Of a stretch of DNA of 64,000 nucleotides, positions 57,461-64,000 are shown one piece after another. Source of the DNA: an uncultured Candidatus Saccharibacteria bacterium (GTDB lineage Bacteria; Patescibacteriota; Minisyncoccia; Phycocordibacterales; UBA9973); NCBI GenBank assembly GCA_964398205.1, contig CAYNLU010000002.1, forward strand, positions 1,004 through 65,003, written 5' to 3'. A program made the position numbers and the translations under genes. A model generated the notes under the pieces. It saw nothing but the letters and a program-made list of their open reading frames with translations. It ran no database searches and was not told the DNA's origin. Each line of letters begins with the position of its first letter. Position 1 is the stretch's first letter.

Positions 57461-58629
57461 TTTATCTCTATGAATAACTTTTTACCTATTTTAAACTTCT
57501 GACCTTTTTTTGGAATATATTTAAAATCTAAAATCTTTTCTTTACTTTCCAAATCTAGCACCGCCCCTTCTTCAAACAATCTCCGTGCTTGATTTTTAGA
57601 AGTTATTAATTTGTTTCCAATAAGAATATCAATAAGCTCTCCCTCACCAAAAACTTGGATCAAGTCATCTGGTATTTCTTTATTTTGGAACTTTTTTACC
57701 CAATCTTCTTGAGCTAGATTAGCTTTTTTATCTCCATGATAGATTTTAGTAATTTCCAAAGCTAATTGCATTTTTTGGTCTTTGGGATTATTGGTGTTTA
57801 TGATTTCTTTTTCTTCTAGATTTGTACAAAGCTCAAAACCAATTTTAATCAAAGAATCATTCCAACTCATAATCTTACCAAACATATCTTCCGGATTATC
57901 TTCAAAAGAAATCATGTTTCCTTCGGTTTTACCCATCTTTTTGCCAGTATTATCTGCAAGCAATTTCATTGCAATTACTGATTTATCCTTTTTAAGAATT
58001 TCATGAACTAAATCTCTACCCATAAGCATATTAAAGGTTTGATCGTTACCTCCAACTTCTACATCTATATCCATAGCAACCGAATCATATCCTTGCATAA
58101 GAGGATAAAAGAATTCATGACCAAAGATAGGCTTACCTTCTTCGTGCCTACGAACAAACATATCTCTTTTTAGCATTTGATCAACGGTGATTTTAGAAGA
58201 TAATTCTAATACTTCTTTAAAATTCATCTTCATTAACCACTTAGAATTAAATTTAATCTGGGCAGGATTTTTACCGGTAAAACTTAAAAATTTGGAAGCT
58301 TGTTTTTTGTATTTTTTTAAATTAGTTAAAACTTCTTTATGAGTTAATTGTTTTCGCGCTGAGGATTTGTCAGTAGGATCCCCTATCATTGCTGTAAAAT
58401 CTCCCATAAGCAGAATTACCTGATGACCTAAATCTTGAAATTCTTTTAACTTCATCATTGGTATTGTGTGACCCATATGCAAGGTTGGCCCGGTTGGATC
58501 AATACCTAAATAAACCTTTAGTCTTTTACCAGAAAGTAATTTGTTTTTTAATGTTTCTTTTACAAAAATATTTTCTACCCCTCGACTTAATAGTCTTTCA
58601 ATTTTATTTTGGTCGGTTATAACTTTCAT
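57457..58629 (-). CDS. tyrS: tyrosine--tRNA ligase
   Basis: GIDPTG..LHMGH, IGDP, YPLMQGYD, GGNDQ.FN, KMGKT. Confidence 0.96.
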   Translation of the reverse strand: MKVITDQNKIERLLSRGVENIFVKETLKNKLLSGKRLKVYLGIDPTGPTLHMGHTIPMMKLKEFQDLGHQVILLMGDFTAMIGDPTDKSSARKQLTHKEVLTNLKKYKKQASKFLSFTGKNPAQIKFNSKWLMKMNFKEVLELSSKITVDQMLKRDMFVRRHEEGKPIFGHEFFYPLMQGYDSVAMDIDVEVGGNDQTFNMLMGRDLVHEILKKDKSVIAMKLLADNTGKKMGKTEGNMISFEDNPEDMFGKIMSWNDSLIKIGFELCTNLEEKEIINTNNPKDQKMQLALEITKIYHGDKKANLAQEDWVKKFQNKEIPDDLIQVFGEGELIDILIGNKLITSKNQARRLFEEGAVLDLESKEKILDFKYIPKKGQKFKIGKKLFIEIK

Positions 58630-58667
58630 AAGTCGAATTATAACATATTTATTGATATAATAAATAA

Positions 58668-61202
58668 ATGAAAAAGTGGTTAAAAAAAATAAAAAAATTA
58701 GTTCATAAACACAAAAAGCAAGACTTTTGGCACGAAGTCTTTTTATTCTTAATTGGTTTTATTCTTATTTGTATTTCAGTCGTAATTTTTTGGGTAGCAA
58801 CCTTAAAAATACCTGATTTTAGTGATTTCGAAGAAAGGTTAATAATTAACTCAACTAAGATTTACGACCGGACTGGTGAGGTTTTACTTTATAATGTTCA
58901 TCAAGACATAAAAAGAACCAATATTCCTTTCGAGGAAATGGGTAATAATATTAAAAATGCTACTTTAGCCATTGAAGATAAAGAATTTTATAATCACGGT
59001 GGGGTTAGAATAACTTCAACTATTCGTGCTATTATTTCTAATTTATCAGGATTCGGTATTGGAGGAGGAGGTTCAACCATAACTCAACAATTAATAAAAA
59101 ATACTTTGCTTACCTCAAAAAGAAGTATAATTCGAAAAGTTAAAGAATGGATTTTAGCAGTTAAAATAGAAAACGCTTTAACTAAAGACGAAATATTCGA
59201 GCTTTATCTAAACGAAGTTCCTTATGGAGGAACGGTTTATGGAGTAGAAGAAGCAAGTAAAACTTATTTTAATAAAAAAGCTATAGACTTAACCATCGCC
59301 GAGGCTGCGTATTTAGCAGCTATTCCTCAATCCCCTACTAGACTTTCTCCTTTTGGTAAAAATTTAGATAAATTAGAAGAAAGAAAAAATCTAGTTTTAT
59401 ATCAAATGTATGATGCTAATTTTATAACCAAAGAAGAATATGAATCTGCAAAAATAGAAGTTGTAGAATTTCAAAAACAAAATATAAGTAATATTAAAGC
59501 TCCTCATTTTGTATTTTATATTAAAGAATATTTAGAAGAAAAATACGGTAAAGATGTAGTTGAAAAGGGTGGTTTAAAAGTTATAACTACTTTAGATTGG
59601 AAGATGCAAGAAAAAGCTGAAGAAATAGTAAAAGAAGGCGCTTTAAAAAACGACAAAGAATGGAATGGTAAGAATGCCGCATTGGTTGCAATAGACCCTA
59701 AAACCGGGCAAATACTTTCTATGGTTGGATCAAGGGATTATTTTGATAAAGACATAGATGGAAACTTTAATGTAGCTACAGCATTAAGACAACCAGGTTC
59801 TTCTTTTAAGCCTTTTATTTACGCTACAGCTTTCAATAAAGGTTTTACAGATGATACTGTTTTATTTGATTTACCTACTGAATTCCAAACTACCTGTGAT
59901 GCTTACGGTAAAGCAATAACAGGTAGTCAAAGTAATTGTTATAGTCCTCAGAACTATGATGGAAAATTTAGAGGCCCTATGAGTCTAAGAAACGCCCTTG
60001 CTCAATCAATAAACATCCCAGCAATTAAATTGTTTTATTTAGCAGGGCTTAGAGATTCACTAAAAACAGCCGAAGATATGGGTATTAGCACCTTAGGAGA
60101 TATTAACCGTTATGGTTTAACTTTAGTTATTGGAGGTGGTGAAGTAACATTACTTGATATAACTTCTGCTTACGGGGTTTTTGCGAACAGTGGTATAAAA
60201 AATAAACACACTGGGGTTTTAGAAGTCATAGACAGAAACGGCGAAAGTTTAGAAAAATATAATCAAAAAGAAATAGAAGTTTTACCTAAAAATACTGCTT
60301 TAACAATATCTTCTATTATGTCTGATAATGTAGCCCGAGTTCCTACTTTTGGAAATGGCTCTGCTTTAGAAGTTCCTGGATATAAGGTGGCGGTTAAAAC
60401 CGGTACCACAAACAGCAACAAAGACGCTTGGACAGTAGGTTACACCCCTTCTTTAGTAGTTGGTGTGTGGGCGGGAAATAACGATAATAAACCGATGAGA
60501 AAAGGAGGTTCTGCTTTAGCTGGGCCTATTTGGAACGCTTTTATGAGGCACGCTTTACCTTTAGTATCTAGTGAAACTTTTGAAGAACCAATACCTTACG
60601 ACAAAAACATAAAACCAATCCTAAGAGGCGTTTGGTGGGGAAACGAAAGTTATGTTGTAGATTCAGTAACAGGAAAATTAGCTACAGAATTTACACCAGA
60701 ACAGACTAAGGTAGAAAAAACTGTAACAAACGTAAAATCTATTTTGTATTGGGTAGACAGAAACAACATATTAGGAGATAGACCAACAGGAATAGAAAAT
60801 AGTAGGGTTTTTATTAACTGGAATACCCCAATTCAAGATTGGTGGGAAAAAAATAAATATAAATATGACAACACTACAATAAACGAAATACCTAAAGAAT
60901 ATGATAATATACATGGAAATTATAAACCGGAAGTTTTATTGATAGAACCTAAAAACAATAAATTGTATGGTAGTAATGAATTAATTCAAATAAAAACAGA
61001 AACCAATAGCTTATATCCTATAATTAAAATGGATGTATTTATTAATGGTTCTTTTGTTGGAACATTAGAACCTCCTTTTAATTATAGTTTTACACCGGAA
61101 AGCTTAGAAAACTTAAAAGACGAAAATGAAATTAGGATAAATGTGTACGATAGTATTTATAACTCCAAAGAAATTATATCAACTTTTAGGGTTGGACTTT
61201 AA
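58668..61202 (+). CDS. class A penicillin-binding protein (PBP1A family) with C-terminal Ig-like domain
   Basis: AIEDKEF, GGSTITQQ, RKVKE; SSFK, SIN, KTGT. Confidence 0.93.
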   Translation: MKKWLKKIKKLVHKHKKQDFWHEVFLFLIGFILICISVVIFWVATLKIPDFSDFEERLIINSTKIYDRTGEVLLYNVHQDIKRTNIPFEEMGNNIKNATLAIEDKEFYNHGGVRITSTIRAIISNLSGFGIGGGGSTITQQLIKNTLLTSKRSIIRKVKEWILAVKIENALTKDEIFELYLNEVPYGGTVYGVEEASKTYFNKKAIDLTIAEAAYLAAIPQSPTRLSPFGKNLDKLEERKNLVLYQMYDANFITKEEYESAKIEVVEFQKQNISNIKAPHFVFYIKEYLEEKYGKDVVEKGGLKVITTLDWKMQEKAEEIVKEGALKNDKEWNGKNAALVAIDPKTGQILSMVGSRDYFDKDIDGNFNVATALRQPGSSFKPFIYATAFNKGFTDDTVLFDLPTEFQTTCDAYGKAITGSQSNCYSPQNYDGKFRGPMSLRNALAQSINIPAIKLFYLAGLRDSLKTAEDMGISTLGDINRYGLTLVIGGGEVTLLDITSAYGVFANSGIKNKHTGVLEVIDRNGESLEKYNQKEIEVLPKNTALTISSIMSDNVARVPTFGNGSALEVPGYKVAVKTGTTNSNKDAWTVGYTPSLVVGVWAGNNDNKPMRKGGSALAGPIWNAFMRHALPLVSSETFEEPIPYDKNIKPILRGVWWGNESYVVDSVTGKLATEFTPEQTKVEKTVTNVKSILYWVDRNNILGDRPTGIENSRVFINWNTPIQDWWEKNKYKYDNTTINEIPKEYDNIHGNYKPEVLLIEPKNNKLYGSNELIQIKTETNSLYPIIKMDVFINGSFVGTLEPPFNYSFTPESLENLKDENEIRINVYDSIYNSKEIISTFRVGL

Positions 61203-61456
61203 TAAAAATTTTTTATATTTTTATCCATACCATATTCTTTAATTTTACTTAAAATGAGATCTTTGTTTAAAAAGATCTCATTTTTATATAAAGGATGAAT
61301 ATCTAATTTTAATACACCATTCTTAAAAGATATTTTTTCTTTCGGTATATCTATTTTTAAAACATCTAAAATCACATCTCTAATGATAGATATTTTTAAT
61401 TCTTCATTATCTACTAGTTTATTAAATCGAATTAATAAATCTTTAATTTCAATCAT
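61199..61456 (-). CDS. hypothetical protein, possibly DciA/DUF721-like
   Basis: 85 aa coupled to dnaN; KNGVLKL..LYKNEIFLNKDLILSKI resembles the DciA KH-like core. Confidence 0.45.
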   Translation of the reverse strand: MIEIKDLLIRFNKLVDNEELKISIIRDVILDVLKIDIPKEKISFKNGVLKLDIHPLYKNEIFLNKDLILSKIKEYGMDKNIKNFY

Positions 61457-62553
61457 TATCTATTCATAGGCATTATTAAATAAGTAAAACTATTATCAGA
61501 AACAGGGTTTATTATCATAGGTTTAAAAGATCCATCTAGTTTAATAGAAACACTGTCTGTAGACAAAGAAGGAAAACAGTCTAAAAAGTATTTATAATTA
61601 AAAGAAAGAACAACATCTTCCCCTTTCAAAACAGCATCTAGATAGGTGTTATTTTCTCCTATATCGTTATTAGAGGAAGATAATTCACAAACCTTATCTT
61701 TTATATTAATATTTAAATTTAATTGATTAAATTTATCTGAAAATATATTTGAAATTTTTAAAGCATTAAGTAAATCTTGTTTCAGTAAAATTATTTCTGT
61801 TTTATTTTCTTTTGGTATTATTTGTCTATAATCAGGGTAAATCCCATCTATTATTCTTGAGGTTAAGTAAACACCATCTAATGAAAAAGAAATTTGATTT
61901 TTATTAAAACAAACTTTTACATTTTGATTACCTTCACCTAAAACCCTTAAAATTTCACCTATATTTTTAAAAGGGATTAAAATATTAAAATCTTCTATAT
62001 TCTTTTTTAATTTTATTTTCTTCTCAGCTAAACGAAAAGAATCTGTTGACACGAAAACTAAATTATCATTTTCGCTATAAATATAAACACTAGATATTTC
62101 TGGTTTTATATCTGAAGGAGAAGCGCTATAATAAACAGCTTTTATACCTTCTACGAGCTTTTTAGACTCTATCTCAAAACTTTCCCCAGAAACATTCGGA
62201 ATAGTAGGAAAATCTTCATAAGACATACCTTTTAATTTAATTTTATTCTTTTTGGTTTTAATAGAAAGATTTCCTTCTTCCCCTGTTAGTATAATATTTT
62301 CTTTTTGTACAATATTTGTAAAAACCGAAGCGAGAGCATTGCCAGAAATAGCTAAAGTTCCTTCTTGTTCAACTTTTGCTGGTATTTCTATTTCAACACC
62401 TAGAGATAAATTCATAGCCTTAAGTTTTAAAACTTTATTTGAAGCTTCAAGTAGAATAGAACTTAATACAGGTAGAGTTAAATTTCTTCCAGTTATTTTT
62501 TCTGCTAATAAAATTCCATTCTTTAATTTTTCAATTTCACATTCTACCTTCAT
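61456..62553 (-). CDS. dnaN: DNA polymerase III beta clamp
   Basis: LPVLSSI, STDSFRLA, SRIIDGIYPDY, YLIMPM. Confidence 0.96.
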   Translation of the reverse strand: MKVECEIEKLKNGILLAEKITGRNLTLPVLSSILLEASNKVLKLKAMNLSLGVEIEIPAKVEQEGTLAISGNALASVFTNIVQKENIILTGEEGNLSIKTKKNKIKLKGMSYEDFPTIPNVSGESFEIESKKLVEGIKAVYYSASPSDIKPEISSVYIYSENDNLVFVSTDSFRLAEKKIKLKKNIEDFNILIPFKNIGEILRVLGEGNQNVKVCFNKNQISFSLDGVYLTSRIIDGIYPDYRQIIPKENKTEIILLKQDLLNALKISNIFSDKFNQLNLNINIKDKVCELSSSNNDIGENNTYLDAVLKGEDVVLSFNYKYFLDCFPSLSTDSVSIKLDGSFKPMIINPVSDNSFTYLIMPMNR

Positions 62554-62767
62554 ATGTTTATATTTTATATATTTAATCTATTAATATTGTTAGCCCTGTG
62601 GATATGTGGATAAGATATTTATATTTATATTTTATAAGGGTTTTTTCGGCTTTTTTAATTTAATAACTTTCTAATTTTATTTTTAAATTGTTAATAATTT
62701 TTATTTTTAATTTAACCACTATTCTTTATAAGAAATTATCAACAAACATTTTTACACTTTATCCACA
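62554..62767. other. replication origin (oriC) region
   Basis: dnaA-dnaN intergenic; DnaA boxes TGTGGATAT 62597, TGTGGATAA 62605, TTATCAACA 62736, TTATCCACA 62759 flank a very AT-rich core. Confidence 0.85.
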
Positions 62768-64000
62768 CTATTTAAACATGATTCTTATATTCTCTATTTC
62801 TTGCATTAATTGAGGATCCTCTTTTAAATCTTCTTTGATTTTTAAATACGAGTGAATAACTGTTGTGTGATCTCTACCCCCTAATTTTTGACCAATTAAA
62901 GGATAAGAAACATTAAAATCTTCTCTAAGTAAATACATAACAACTTGTCTCGCTTTTACTATTTCTTTTCTTCTTGTTTTATCATATACAGCATCCTCCT
63001 CTATTTCGTAATGATCACTCACAATTTTAACAACATCCTTCACTGATATGTTTTTCTTAGGTTTAATATTGTTTTTAAGTATATTTTTTACATCTAAAAG
63101 AGAAAGAGGTTTGTTTTTTATTTTATATTGCATAACAATAGCATTTAAACTACCTTCTAATTCCCGAATATTACCCCTTATTGTTTCTGCTATGTAATTT
63201 ACTACTCCCTCATCTAAATCAACCCCTTGATCTCGCAATTTAACCTTAAGTATAGCTAATCTAGACTCGTATTCTGGCTCAGAAACATCAACAATCATCC
63301 CTTGAGCAAAACGAGATTTTAATCTATCAGCTAGTTCTGGTATATAGTTTGGGTGTTTATCAGACGAAAATATTATTTGCTTATTGTTCTCATAAAAAGT
63401 ATTAAATGTGTGAAATAATTCTTCTTGAATTTTCTCCATTTTTCCAATAAATTGAATATCATCTATGATTAAAAGATCATATTTACGGTATTTTTCCTTA
63501 AAAGAATTAGCTTTGTTTGATTGTAGTGAATTAATGAAATCAGTAGCGAATCTCTCAAGGGTTATATAATGAACCTTTTTGTTTTGATATTTTTCTTTTA
63601 TAGCGTTACCAACCGCTTGTAGTAGGTGGGTTTTACCTAAACCGGTATTACCATAAACAAAGTAAGGGTTATATTTGGTTCCAGGGTTTTCTATTATCGC
63701 CTGAGAAGCCGCATAAGCTAATTCATTAAAACCTCCTACAATAAAAGAATCAAATCTGTATCTAGGGTTTAAATTATCTTCTGGGCTTATATATAAATCT
63801 TTTAAAGGTAATTCTTTGTTAACACTTACTTCTATTGTGTTTGTTTTTGAATCGTCTTCTTTATTTTCTACTTTAGCAATTACATACTCAACAGCTCTCA
63901 TGTTTTCATAAATATCAGCAATAGTTTTAGTTATTAGTTTATGATATTTATTAAAAAGCCAATCTCTAACAAATTCATTTGGCACAGCTATGTATATAAT
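62768..64000 (-). CDS. dnaA: chromosomal replication initiator DnaA (N-terminus outside window)
   Basis: YNP, GNTGLGKTHL, IDDIQ, RLKSRF, NIRELEG, GGRDHTTV. Confidence 0.97.
   Translation of the reverse strand: MIYIAVPNEFVRDWLFNKYHKLITKTIADIYENMRAVEYVIAKVENKEDDSKTNTIEVSVNKELPLKDLYISPEDNLNPRYRFDSFIVGGFNELAYAASQAIIENPGTKYNPYFVYGNTGLGKTHLLQAVGNAIKEKYQNKKVHYITLERFATDFINSLQSNKANSFKEKYRKYDLLIIDDIQFIGKMEKIQEELFHTFNTFYENNKQIIFSSDKHPNYIPELADRLKSRFAQGMIVDVSEPEYESRLAILKVKLRDQGVDLDEGVVNYIAETIRGNIRELEGSLNAIVMQYKIKNKPLSLLDVKNILKNNIKPKKNISVKDVVKIVSDHYEIEEDAVYDKTRRKEIVKARQVVMYLLREDFNVSYPLIGQKLGGRDHTTVIHSYLKIKEDLKEDPQLMQEIENIRIMFK

Noticed and set aside
907-62584. Many short antisense or overlapping ORFs in the ORF track (e.g. 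907..1128, 2156..2461, 4053..4346, 15227..15784, 19257..19604, 33356..33709, 35336..35692, 62252..62584)
   Set aside because: They overlap well-supported genes and show no protein motifs; treated as shadow ORFs
1-64000. CRISPR array or cas genes
   Set aside because: No regularly spaced direct repeats seen; the Cas4-like Cys pattern in the DUF2779 protein alone is not evidence of CRISPR

Overview
AT-rich bacterial chromosome segment. Gene content, leaderless-type promoters and a tRNA-Arg(GCG) point to Patescibacteria/CPR (Parcubacteria-like); this assignment is inferred, not database-checked. About 2.6-17.3 kb is a visibly more GC-rich integrative island. It carries a large serine recombinase, an Hhe-like DUF4011/SF1-helicase/nuclease, a DUF2779-type double nuclease, a structured leader RNA, a ParB-methylase/methylase/terminase-small-subunit-like module and an orphan NADAR. 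The rest is backbone running into dnaN-oriC-dnaA. It includes photolyase, two convergent ribonucleotide reductase operons (ATP-cone-fused class Id nrdBA; B12 S-component-nrdJ-pduO), a CsoR copper operon, ruvA/B/C, mutM, uvrCAB, polA, tsaE, tyrS, PBP1A, two tRNAs and a 6S-like RNA. The most striking unexplained signal is several families of short palindromic elements inserted in-frame inside housekeeping genes (uvrA twice, uvrB, mutM, tsaE). Two of these families also have intergenic copies, and one shows compensatory base changes. Other highlights: an exactly spaced CTAGACT-N13-GCGTCAT-N10-start motif at the recombinase, a TA tract inside a promoter spacer, a hyperacidic microprotein and an OMP-like beta-barrel protein in a presumed monoderm. 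All calls are by eye from motifs; no searches were run.
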